DNA from: the human T2T-CHM13v2.0 reference genome, Homo sapiens
Length of the DNA: 64,000 bases
Strand: one strand, 5' to 3'
NCBI RefSeq assembly: GCF_009914755.1
Contig: NC_060940.1
The notes beneath the pieces were generated by a model. It had not been told where the DNA came from. It worked only from the letters and a program-made list of their open reading frames with translations, and searched no databases. Within the stretch, counting starts at the first letter, position 1. The number at the start of each line of letters is the position of its first letter. Position numbers and translations under genes: made by a program. Positions 13,762 through 25,344 of this stretch are shown piece after piece.

Positions 13762-14023
13762 TTTCTCTCCTTTTCTTCCTTTCTACCTCCTTTTCTTTCT
13801 TCCTTCTTCCTCTCTTCTCCACTCCCTCCTCCCTTTGTTCCTTCCTTCCTTTCTTCCTTTCCTTCTTTCCTTCCTCCCTCCTTTCTACCTCCTTTTCTTT
13901 CTTCCTTCTTCCTCCCTTCCTCACTCCCTCCTTCCTTTTTCTTTCCTTCCTTTCTTCCCTTTCTTCTTTCCTTCCTTTCTCCCTCCCTCTCTCTCACCCT
14001 TTCTTCTCCTCTCCCCTTCTCTT
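13762..14023. repeat. CT-rich polypyrimidine low-complexity tract
   Basis: About 260 bp of almost pure C/T; internal ~50-bp duplication (13779 and 13881). Confidence 0.92.
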
Positions 14024-14492
14024 TATAATGGTGAACTGAGTCAGGTGGGTCTTTCTGCTATGGACTGACAGTTCTCCCTCTCCGTCTCTACTGGGGTACC
14101 AACATCACACATCACAGTTTAATGTATATTATTTTTGCCAGCCTCTCAGTTCCACAAAGACAGACACTGTTATTCTTGTTTTACTCAATGTCTCTAGAGG
14201 TTAACACAATGCATGGCCCACACAAGGCACTCACTGTCCAGTTGACAAGGACCTGTTCAGTCTTCTACAGCACAGCTTTGATGGGAGAGGCCACCAGCCT
14301 AGGGTGAGGATGTTGAAGCTGCTATAGAAGCTGAGACTGCAGCACATCAGCGATTAGATGAACCTCTTAAAATAGCACTGTGGAAGGGGATGTGGGTCAC
14401 TGCCTACTTGGTATTGCCTTTGGAAGTAGAAATGGAATATAATGTGGACTCCTACTGGGAGTGCCTCCTGCCCTGTTCATGTCTGTCCATAA

Positions 14493-14664
14493 CAGTGGTT
14501 CTCAAAATTGCATCAGAATCAGCTGCAAGGTTTGTCGAAACACAGATTGTACCCCTCTTCCCATTTCTGACTCACCAGGTCCAGGATGGGGACTGAGAAT
14601 TTGCATATATAACAAGTTCTCAGGTGAAGCTCATGCTGGTAGCCTGACATTTTCAAAACCACTG
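14493..14664 (+). mobile_element. MER5A hAT DNA transposon
   Basis: TIRs cagtggttctcaaa...ttcaaaaccactg; 8-bp degenerate TSD gtccataa/ctctataa. Confidence 0.85.
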
Positions 14665-15589
14665 CTCTATAACATGCCCTGGAGTTTATCTCAAGAATTC
14701 ACAAAGACTCCTTAGGGATTACTGGGAACCGCTAAGTCCAAATCTGTCTCTGAAAGGAGACCAACAACAATTTGCTGGATCTCTGAATGGACATCAAGTC
14801 TAGGGGCTGTTGCAGCTCTCAGGGACAGCCCTTCCTCATGAGTGGGTCTGGGGAGAACTATGACCAAAGAGGTTAGCAGAAGAGTCTGGAAGCACGGGCT
14901 CCTCCTCTGTGGGGTCAGGGTTGTAATTTACACAAATGGTCACCCAGCGGAGACTCAGCATTGGAAATGGTCACAGTCACTCCACAATCTTCACCATCAA
15001 AGCATTTTCAACATAGGTCCAGCTCCCTCCTGAAAACTAAGACACACTCCCTGTGGAGCCTCTTTCTCTCTCCTGGGTCGTGCATGTCAATGTTTGAGTC
15101 CTCCTTGGCCTGATCAGGTTTTTCCTCTGTGCTTAACAATAGGGTATGCATTTGAAGAAAAAAAAAAAAAAGGCAGGAATTATCACACCCTGCTGGATTT
15201 CTGAGCTAAAAATACATTCTCCCCATTGTGGAGAAACTTGAAGCCAAAAACATCCAGGGCAACAACATTGACTGTCTCTCTCCAGCACTAGTGACTCCCT
15301 AAAATTGTGCTTAATTATTTCAGAGAAATAGCATGGCATGAAATTTAGGGGTTTCTGCAATGTGAGAGAAATTCCAGTGTGGTTTTGGCAGCTGCCAATC
15401 ACAAAGGTATCCAGTCCAGGAGTCAAGGGCGCATCAGCTCCAACACCTATGAGGTCTGTGACATTGAGCAGGTTCTCTCTCCTCTCTGAACCCTGGGTTT
15501 CTCATCAGCAAGCTGGGTGAACTTGCAGTCAGTCTTTAGGGCCAATGTGACAACTCCATGAGAAAGCATTTGTGAAAAGAGCCCTTCCT

Positions 15590-16010
15590 TTAGAGTAGAG
15601 GAACCACCTGGAGCTGAGGAGGACATTGTGGAGGAGAAGAGATAAGAGCTCTGCCATGAAGGATGGATGGGGCACTGGGATGCCGAGAGGAGAGGTGAGT
15701 GATTACTGACCAAAGCAAGAGGCTGGAGAAAGGTTTGCAAACTCAGTAAGATGAGTGAGATTTCAGGGAGAGAGAAAAATATGCAGCTTGAGATGTAATA
15801 TGGACAGTTATCTGTAGCTGATGGAGCCTCACCAGAAGCTTTTGAACAGGGAGGGACATTAGAGTTGTATTTTAGAAAACGTGAAAAAGATAGAAATAGC
15901 CTAGAAGCCAGAAGTCCAGGGAGGAGAATTTGGCAAAATAGTAAGAAACACATCAGGGCAGTGGGGATGCAAGATATTTTAGAGGGACAGGAAAACAGGC
16001 CTATTCCTGA
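15590..16010 (-). mobile_element. L2 fragment
   Basis: gaagcttttgaacagggagggacattagagttgtattttagaaa is a typical reverse L2 motif. Confidence 0.55.
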
Positions 16011-16834
16011 TTAGAAATGATTTGCAATTAGCATATGCAAGTGAAGTCTTCTTTTCCCTGTGGCTGTCTCTTCCTGGAGCCGGCCTGCCCCTCGTCAAAC
16101 ACGGGGCTTTAAATCAGCGTCGGCCCCACCTCAGTCTTGTCCCTTCCATCCCCCTTGTCACCCCTCACTGTTTTGGCCTATTGTTTCCATCCAGGCCTGA
16201 GCCCAGAGCCCAGGCTCACCCTGCCAACCACAGCCAAGGAAAAAGGAAATCCAAAAGGGAGAAAACCGCAGAGTTTTCTGTTTTCTTCTGCAGGAGAAAG
16301 CAAGGTTATTTTTGGCCCCTTTCAGTACAAATCAGATTTTTTTTCTTTCTCGAAGCCCAGTGTCTGGTAGGCTTCAGGCAGGGGAGTGGAAATGAGAGCC
16401 CACACTTTGAATACCTTTGCATTTTTGCTCTGTGTCAGTTCTGTTTGTCTTCCTCCGCCTGGCTGTCTCCCGTGTCTCCGGATTGTTGACTTCTCTCAAA
16501 TGCTGCTCTTAAGCCAAAGAAAGTAAAACCAGGACCTCATGTTCAAGGATGGGGTGCTTTGGTCAGAGGAAAAGAAAGGATAGAAAAGAAACCATCCCCC
16601 ACTCTGGATCTGGCTGTGTAGCTCAAAGTACAGCCCCACTTTCAGTTCTTATTATTACCCTGGGGATAGAACTGGCCCCTGGGTCAGGTAAGACCCTGGA
16701 CTCCCTGGGAGTCACACAGCTGGTAGGGCACTGCCAGAATGGAAGCCACGCTCTTCAACCCTAGGGTCATCTTTTCCTCAGAGTTCTCTTCTGCCTCCTT
16801 GGTGGGTTATAAAGTTTGTCAGCGTCCACTGAGC

Positions 16835-17050
16835 CAGTGGAATCAGGAGCTATGAATCCAAGCTTAATTGTCAGACTGCTCGGGTGGGTTAGAATCCCGA
16901 CTGCACAAGTTATTGAAATTTCATAAACCTCAGTTTTCCTGATCTGTAAAATGGGCATATTAACAGTAAATTATTGCGTTGATTTGAGTGTTAAATGAGA
17001 TGATCCACATGGAGACTTTGGGAACTGCCTGCAGCATGTTTAGTGAGCAG
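16835..17050 (+). mobile_element. MIR SINE
   Basis: cctcagttttcctgatctgtaaaatgggcatattaacagta...ttaaatgagatgatccacat. Confidence 0.75.
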
Positions 17051-17927
17051 GTGTGAGTGTGTGAGCGCTTGTGTGCACGTGTGAAAGCCACAATGACATT
17101 TTCACCCAGTGGTCACCCAGTTTTGTGACCCACACATTGTATTTTGAGGGAGTTGAAAATTAGTTTCCATCCTTTTCTTAGAAGATTCTTTCATTTCTTT
17201 TTCTCCTTCTTTCCCAATGGAATATTTCACTTAAGGCAGTTCAAGATAATGTAACCTGAAAGAATGTAGCATACAGCAATTGGGAAGATTTTTCTATTTA
17301 ATTCCACACATCATGTTGCCTATTTTTAGTCAGAGTCACTTGTAGGTGCTATTTGCAACTCTTTTTTTCTTTAATTATCTTTAAAGCTTTACGCTTTAAA
17401 ACATAACACAGGCATGTGCACTCACAAACATATATACACACCACCTTGATGACACTGTCTAACATTATCTTTTCTGATATCTAGTTCATCATTTTAAAAG
17501 AAAATGTTGCTGTTTGCTATATAGGAGGTCTTTCAGAAGTTCCCAATCCTGCTAACGCTAAATAACAATTGATATTCTAATGATAAATACACACTCTTGA
17601 ATAAGTGCCTGCTACGGTTTGGGAACCTGCTTACATTATCACCAGTATTTACAAAACCCTGAAATCTATCCTCATTTTTTAAGAAAAGCAAGGCATGGGG
17701 AGTAAAGGATGGAAGTCACTCAGCTGAGATAAATAAGCAGGGCTGACAATGGAAGCCATGCCTATCTGGTTTCAAAAGCAGTGCTCTTACTGTTATGCTA
17801 AGATGCTTCTCCTTCAAGACAAGAGGGCTGTCCGAATTGTGCCCTCTGTATCCCCAGTGCTTGACACATATTTGTTCAATATTTGCAAATATTTGTTGAA
17901 CACCTGCATAAACAGACTAGTGTGCAT

Positions 17928-17980
17928 GCACACACACACACACACGCACACACACACATAAGCACACAAGCACACACACA
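17928..17980. repeat. (CA)n imperfect microsatellite
   Basis: Visible run. Confidence 0.9.
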
Positions 17981-18679
17981 GATTGTTGTGGCTGTTTTTA
18001 TGACACATATGGCTCCACACTCAGGCTTTTGTGATCATGGAGAGAGGAACAGAGGGAGGCATTGTGCTCAGGAGTCCCTGATCCTGAAGCTTTGCAAGGA
18101 GAAAGGTCTCAAAGAGCACAGGAGGCAACAGCTTTCTGAGGCACCTGGCCCCACAGAGACGTTCCAATCCTGCCTGGTTTTCATGTTGCAGAGACCACAG
18201 GGCATCCTGGAACTCATCTCCTTCTTTGAATATGAACGAATTAATTACCGCTGAAATAAACAAATAGCTGGTACCTATTCACTGGTGTCCTAAATCAAAT
18301 ATTCCCAATTTTCCTGGACTGCAGAATAGCATGCACGAAGCACCAACTTTCTCATGATGGCTCACACTTGTCACGTTGATCCCATTAGCACTGACTGCAC
18401 TGTCAGGAGAAACATGTGGGTCTGACTCTTCCGGCTTCCTTGGGACCTCTTGCCCTGATTAATGGTGGTCTGGTAAATGCATTTGACACCAGTCATAGGA
18501 AAACTTGTTTTTTTCTGGTCAGTTTAGGCTTTCTGAAGGGGTACACACTGTACAGAAATTAAGAACACTTATACCTAAGAATGTATTTGTGTGCGTGTTT
18601 GTGTGTGTATTGAAATGGGCCTTTCTATGAGCCCACTGTTTCATTCATTCATTGAATGAAGAGATTACTTCTCCCAGGA

Positions 18680-18965
18680 AAGTGTTTCCCAAACTTATCT
18701 CTGGGAAACATTGTTTCTGTGGTCTGCTAATAAATTAGATTAGAACAAAATAAAAGAAAAGAACATTCCTTAGTTAAATAATTTGGGGAATTTCTGGAAT
18801 AAACAAAGTTAAGCAAGTTTTTTAACATAGAATTTCTGAGTATTTTAGAGGCTAATGTACGTCGTGACTGTGAAAAAGATAAATATGATATATTATAATT
18901 AACATACTCTTTGGCAACAGGGTGTTTTCTTCCCCAAGAACCTCCCAGAGAATGAATGTACTGTA
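18680..18965. mobile_element. hAT-Charlie element, MER103C-like (a similar copy at about 26140-26430)
   Basis: agtgtttcccaaac end; aaataatttgggga...taaacaaagttaagcaagtttt...gctaatgtacgtcgtga. Confidence 0.55.
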
Positions 18966-20613
18966 CCACAATTAGAGGAAAAGAACTTCCATAGAGGAAA
19001 AGTAAGTGTACCCTAGTCCTTTATCAAAGCTTTTACACAGATGCAAGAATTTCCAGGTGACACAACACAGGTCAGTATAAAAGGACTCAATGTGCAGATA
19101 CTCTTTCTTTTCAACAGCAGCTCTCTGTATGAATTCCTCCACAACAAGCTCATATTATCCCCATGGGCTCCACGTAGGTCTCTGCTGTGCCTTCAGATCA
19201 GCTACCTTGAGAGAGGCCTGGGACTGTCTAACCTCATGGATGGGTGGGCATTCCAGGCTTTAAGGAGCAGACGGACATTTGGGCATCCTGACTCGAATGA
19301 GTTGGCATTTTCTGCAGCCACAAAGCTCATCAAATATAGTCCCTTCACATGCTAGTTGTAAAAAGTAGGAAGTTACAACTAATGCTATGAGCCGAGTGAC
19401 TTGAGCCACACAGCTATCGGGCCCACCCAGGAATCAAGACAGGAGAGATCTGGGCCAAGTTTATTTTTCTTTTCCCTTGGAGTGTGATAGCTGGAGAAGC
19501 AGACTGCACAGGAAGTAATGCAGACACATGTGGGCCCCGAGAGTGTGGGGTTCACAGTCCATCAAGAAACCAGCCAGGCTTGACGCGTCATCCCTCCGCA
19601 CTTACTCAGACATAAGGAGGTTTACATTCCCACTGGTCTTAGAGAACAGAGAATGGACTCGGAAAAGAAAAACGTGGCCAGGAAAGATGCTAGGGCTGGA
19701 GCCCAAAAGGTTGAGGTTTGTCCAAATTGTCAAAGAAAAGGTAAAACAATGGGGACTGTGGTATAACATAAGAAATAAAGGGCATGGAACTGACTCTCCT
19801 TGACCTTAAATAAGACTCCTCACCTCCATGAACCTCAGTCTCCTTATTTTCATATCGAAGATTAAAAATTCAGCTGCCTTTATTGATAAGGATTATATTC
19901 ACCCAGAGTTGTGATAATTAAATGATGATCCACATATAAATTGTCATATATGTTGTTATATAATTTGTACATAATATGTATTATTACATGTATAAGTAAT
20001 ATTCTATGCTTATTATATTTATATTTGCTGTATGAATAACTACAGTGGAAAGCACAACAGAATGAGACTCAGGAAGCTAAACCTTGTGTGTTAACTTGCT
20101 CCATCAGAAGCCAGTTGGAGTGGTCAGATAAATTACGGTACATCCATCAAATGGAGTTTTTTGTAGCTGTGAAAAATGGGATATATCAGTACATCTCAGC
20201 AAGGAAAACCTTTCCAAGACAGACCACTAGGAGGAAAAGCAATGTGTAGGGCCATAAGAAAGTAAAGTATGGACCTTTTTTCATACAGAAAAGCATTAAA
20301 TATAAATATGTACATGTATAAAATGTAAAAGAAAACAAAAACAGATCCTAGCTATGCATACAAATGCGCATGTCCTTTTTGGATATGTATACATTTTCTA
20401 GAGAAAAATACATTGAGTACCTACAAGAGTGGAATTAGGCAAAAGAAAAAGGAAAAAGGGGCTTTCCATCTTATTTTATACTTTATTTCATCTTTCCACT
20501 TTATTGTATATTTATCTACATTCTTTGTATGATTACAATGTGTATGTGTGTGCGTGCATGTGTGTGTATGTATGTGCAATTCAACAACAGAAATAAAATG
20601 AATTTGAGTTAAA

Positions 20614-20615
<2 letters not shown>

Positions 20616-20662
<47 letters not shown>
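20616..20662. repeat. (AC)23 microsatellite
   Basis: Perfect dinucleotide run. Confidence 0.97.
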
Positions 20663-20665
<3 letters not shown>

Positions 20666-21126
20666 CAAAGGCTGGCCAGACCCGGAGCTTTGAGCTTCTT
20701 CCTCTGTGTTCTAGGACAGCCCAGCAGACATGGTTGTTTTTCTAGGTGGGAATAATTTCATTTTCTTGCCCTAAATACTGGGCAAAGCCCATATCCAGCT
20801 CAAAGTCGACAGACCTGGTTCAGGGGAGAACAGTTTCACCACCCCCACCCCTGCGACAGATTTTGCTGTTTTTATGCGTGGGCACAGAGGTGGGCATGTT
20901 TGGAGAGTTGTGAAGAGGAACTGAACATGTCCTTCAGAAAGGGGAGGAGCTGATAGTGCCTAATGAGGAGCTTGGTGTGGCATAGCACTGAAGTTTTAAA
21001 TGCTTTAAAGTAAAACCAGAAATAAATTTAATTTCAAGTAAAATGCTGATATAATCCCTGTATAGAAGCTGGAATCTTTTGAGTGAATAGACGCTAATTT
21101 GGGGGACTGTCTTTTCCTTCACTGGC

Positions 21127-21596
21127 TGTAATGTGTGGAACGGTGACCCCCAGAAGGATTTGTCTGTGCCTTAACACTCCTAACCTACAAACATGACTAT
21201 ATTTGGGAAAATAGGCTTTGCAGATGTAATTAAGTTAAGAATCTCAAGATGAGCTCATTCCCGGGTTATCTGGACAGACCTTAAATCCAATGACAAGTGT
21301 TTTTATAAGACATTTGTAAGAGACAGAAGAGAAGACACAGAAACAAAGGAGAAGGCTGTATGCAGACAGAGGCAGAGACTGGTGTGATGTAGCCACAAGC
21401 CAAGGAATGCCTGGAGTCACCAAAAGCTGGAAGAGGCAAGGATGAATCCCCCCTAGAGCCTTGGGGAGGAGAATCCCCCTGATGACACCTTGATCTCAGA
21501 CTTCTGGCCTCTAAAACAGGGAGAGAATAAATTACTTTTGTCTGAAGTCATCAAGTTTGTAGTAATTGATTATAGCAGCTCTAGGATGCTAATACT
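21127..21596 (+). mobile_element. MaLR solo LTR, MLT1C/D-like
   Basis: tttgcagatgtaattaagttaagaatctcaagatgag...gccacaagccaaggaatgcctggagtcaccaaaagctggaagaggcaagga...ctaatac. Confidence 0.85.
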
Positions 21597-21699
21597 CTTA
21601 CCAAAGTGGCCTGGGTTGCTTTGGATTAATTCCCAGCGAAAGGGGAAGATCTAAGGATACAGGAAAGGGAAAGATAGACTTCTACTCCACACCCAGAAT

Positions 21700-21990
21700 G
21701 CCTGTAACCACACCATGCCAAACCTTCAGACAGGCCCTGGGCCCTGATCTTCCTTCTCTAAATAGCTTCTCCCAGTGCACTCTATTGGAATATTCTGCTC
21801 TATTTTTCTGCATGGGCCTGTCATGACCCATAATTATGTTATGTATTTGACTTCTTTTTTTATAGTGACTATGTTCCCCGAGGAATGGGAGCTCCATGAG
21901 GGCAGGGGCCTCCCAGTCTGGCCACCTCTGAATGCAGCCCACAGAACAGTGCTTTGTATGTGGGGCACTGAGATGATCTCTGTGGAAGAA
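21700..21990 (+). mobile_element. L2 3' fragment
   Basis: gaatgggagctccatgagggcagggg...cagaacagtgctttgtatgtggggcactga. Confidence 0.6.
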
Positions 21991-23831
21991 GTGAGGAGTG
22001 ATGCTCTGGGCCCTGAGAGGGAAGCAGAGAGACCCCACACGCAGACCCAGCCCCGACCAAACACTCAGGCCAAGCAGGAGGATATAGCAAGTGCTGGGGA
22101 AGCTGTAGCACAGGTCAGAAATGTTAAAAGAAAGTGGCAAGAAGTTGTAAGAAAGGAGTGGGGACTCTGAAGAAAAATGAAGAGGAAGGGACAGATGTGA
22201 GGACACTACAGGGAGGACCCAGGAAGACCAGGCCAGCAGCAGTGCTATGTGTGCTGGGGATGAAAGAGGGCACAGAGGCTTCAAGCTGGGAGCTGGCCCA
22301 AGTTCATGTCAAAGGCACTAGGCCCACCTGCCCCAGAAACCAGCTTCCTCAGCTCCCAGGAGAGTTGTCTGCATGACTTTTCCTCCTTTACAAGTACCCA
22401 AAGCTCATAGTTAAATTAGTTATTAGAGCTATGCATTAAATTATATGATATTATATGCTAAGTACTATTCCTAAGAAAATTTTTAATAATTTCAATAATT
22501 CATATGATAGGATAATTCCCTTTTTACAAGTGAGAAAATTGAGGCTCATATTGAAGTGGTCTCAGAACAGGCAACTAGGGGAATCAAGATTTAACCCCAA
22601 ATCGATTGACCTCAAAGCCTGTGCTTTCACTCTGGTCTGTGTAGCTTGCTATTGCAAAGAGTTTCATGATTTCTAGAGTAGTGCACACTCAGGACTCTCA
22701 TTTGACCTGAGAATTTTGGAGAATCCAGGTCAGAGGCCCCTCACCCAATTTTGGAGAACAGAAAGCTGAGGGTTCAAGAAATGCAGGGGTCTTCCCCAAG
22801 GCACTGCATCTGAGGAGCTGCAGACCTGGGATGAAGAACATCAGTGTTCCATACTTACAGTCCTTTGCTTAGGATTTCAATCTGAACTGTGTCAATATAC
22901 AAATGCAAGATGAGAGCAGTGGGAACAGGAAGCAATAGGGACTGGGGTGCAATTTGCTCCAGATCTGATGCCAGCTGACCAGGACTGTTCCCCAGGGCCC
23001 AGGTCAGTGGGCAGTGATCCAGCACATCCATCCCCAAAAGTGGCTTCCAGAAAAAATCTTACTCCCTAGAAGGGGTTGGCTGCATCCATCTTGTAGGACA
23101 ATAAGCTATTTTCACCAGAGAGCTACAAGGCATAAATTTAGATTTCAGAACATTTTTTATGAACCAACATGATGGCCTCTGGACACCTCTTTACAAAGCC
23201 ATAAAGAGTCAGACAGCCCTTTCCAGAAACTGCACATCCACCTGTGTCCCAGATACAGCTGACAGCCTACAGCCACATGGCAGGAAGGGCCTCCCTTTGT
23301 TTGTTGGAAAAAAGAAAGGAATCAATGGCCAGTGCTCTTAATGCAACCGTGGGCGCCCTGTCTGTCTGTTTTGCTCTACCATCTCTTTCCTTGTGCCCTG
23401 TTACCAGGTCAAATCCTGGGATGCAGAACAAATCCTAAAAAAGGCCTACCTGGGTTCTGCCCTCAGCCCCTGCTCAGTGCCCATCTTCCTGCCTGTCTTC
23501 CCTGGCTCTCTGGGCTCCCCTCTACCACAGGGCCTTTGCATGCTGCCACTCTCCCTGCCATGTGTGCCTAGGTAAGCCCTAATGTTCTCAGACCCCAGTC
23601 AGCCCTGCCTCCCACCATCTAAGTCAGACTCTTTAGTTATATTTTCCTAGAACTATATTTATTTTCTTCTGAGCATTTACCTCAGTTTGACAGGGTTTGT
23701 GTAATTATTTGATTAGAATCTGTACCCCACCCTAACTCCCCTGCAATCTTCATGAACACAAAGAATGTGCTTCCATTGCATGCTCAGAGCCTGAGAAGAT
23801 GTCTAGTCCATATTCAGTTGTAAGAAAATAC

Positions 23832-24220
23832 TGTTAAATTAAATTTAGCCTAAAGCTGCATCTTTACATATTTTAAGTTCAGTCTGCAGATCTCTTCTTA
23901 CATGGTGAACTGTAACCTAAACAGTTGTAACCTACTCTTATACCAATCACTGAGTTTTGGTCAATCAAAGGTAGCCAACTGTTCAAACTAGGGTCAAATA
24001 AGGCAAACACCAAGCCATGACTGACCCAGCTATTTCTGTACCTCACTCTCATTTTCTGCACATTGCTTTCCTTTTCCTGCCCATAAATGTTCTTCCACCG
24101 CATAGTGGGGCTGGAGTTTCTCTGAATGTATTCAGGTTCTGGGGCTGCCTAATTCATGAGTTGTTCTTTGCTCAATTAAACTCTGTTAAATTTAATTTGT
24201 CTAAGATTTTTCCTTTAACA
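23832..24220 (+). mobile_element. ERV1 solo LTR, MER57-like, inserted in an L2 tail
   Basis: tgttaaattaaatttagcctaaagctgc...ctctgttaaatttaatttgtctaagatttttcctttaaca; the L2 TGAA tail resumes at about 24230. Confidence 0.8.
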
Positions 24221-24308
24221 ACAGTTACCAAATAAATAAATGCATGAATGAATAAATAAGTGAATCGATGAATAAATAAATGAATGGACAACAAACAATT
24301 GCTTAGTG

Positions 24309-24533
24309 TAGTGGCTCTCTACCAGGGGAGATTTTGCCCCACTGTGTACTTGGCAATGTTGTAAAACGTTTTAGTTTGTCAGAACTGGGAGAGGTGGTGG
24401 TAGTGCTACTGGTTTCTAGTGGATAGAGGTCATGGATGCTGCTAAACTTCCTACAGTGCACCAAACAGTCCTTCCTGCCATCCTCCCAGCAAGGAATTAT
24501 CTCGCCCAAATCATGCTGAGGTTATAAAATTCT
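24309..24533 (+). mobile_element. MER20 hAT DNA transposon
   Basis: gattttgccccac...ttggcaatgtt...gtgctactggtttctagtggatagaggtcatggatgctgctaaac. Confidence 0.8.
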
Positions 24534-24534
24534 G

Positions 24535-25344
24535 TGTATTTGTTCCCTAGAGCTGCGTAACAAAACACCAGAAACCGGGTGTCTTAAAACAACAGAACTT
24601 TATCCCCTCAAAGTTCTAGAAGCCAGAAATCCAAAATCAGTGTGTTGTCAGGGTTGGTTCCTTCTAAACCCTGTGAAGCAGAATCTATTCCACAGCTCTC
24701 TGCTGGCTTCTGCTGTTTGTTGGCAATCGTATTGGTCCATTCTTATGCTGCTAATAAAGACAAACGCGAGACTGGGTAATTTATAAAGGAAAGAGGTTTA
24801 ATGGACTCACAGTTCCACATGGCTGAGGAGGCCTCACAATCATGGCTGAAGGCAAATGAGGAGAAAAGTCACATCTTACATGGCAGCAGGCAAGACAGCA
24901 TGTGCAGGGGAATTCCCCTTTATAAAACCTTCAGATTTCATGAGACTGACCCACTATCAGTAGAACAGTAAAGGGGAAACCACCCCCATGATTCGATTAT
25001 CTCCACCTGGCTCCACCCTTGACACTTGGGGATTACTACAATTCAAGGTGAGATTTGGGTGAGGACACAGCCAAACCACATCAGCCATCTTTGGCATTCC
25101 TTGGCTCACAGCTGCATCACTCCAATCACTGCCTCTGCCTTCACATGGCTGCCTTCCCCATTCGTCTCTGTGCAAAGCCTCCTCTTCTTATAAGTTATTA
25201 GTCACGGAGTTTAGGTCCCACCCTAATAAACTCATCTTAACTAACTACAAGGCAGAGAACCTATTTCCGAATAAGATCACCTTCATAGGTACTGGTCTTA
25301 GAATTTGAACATATCTTTCTAGGAGACACAACTCAACCTGCCAC
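24535..25344 (-). mobile_element. MLT1B/C-like MaLR LTR, split by THE1
   Basis: tgtatttgttccctagagctgcgtaacaaaacacca...ttaaaacaacagaa; resumes after 25083 and ends caactcaacctgccaca. Confidence 0.8.
24728..25083 (-). mobile_element. THE1 solo LTR (THE1B/C-like)
   Basis: gctgctaataaagac...gagactgggtaatttataaaggaaagaggtttaatggactcacagttccacatggctg...gacacagccaaaccacatca; TSD gcaat/gccat. Confidence 0.9.

Noticed and set aside
17864-17902. Small palindrome ttcaatatttgcaaatatttg at an L2 tail as a miR-28-type hairpin
   Set aside because: Stem too short and AT-rich for a pre-miRNA, and no match to L2-derived miRNAs I know.
21682-22284. 200-aa minus-strand ORF and overlapping ORFs
   Set aside because: Overlaps an L2 remnant, low-complexity L/S/P composition, no domain or splice support.
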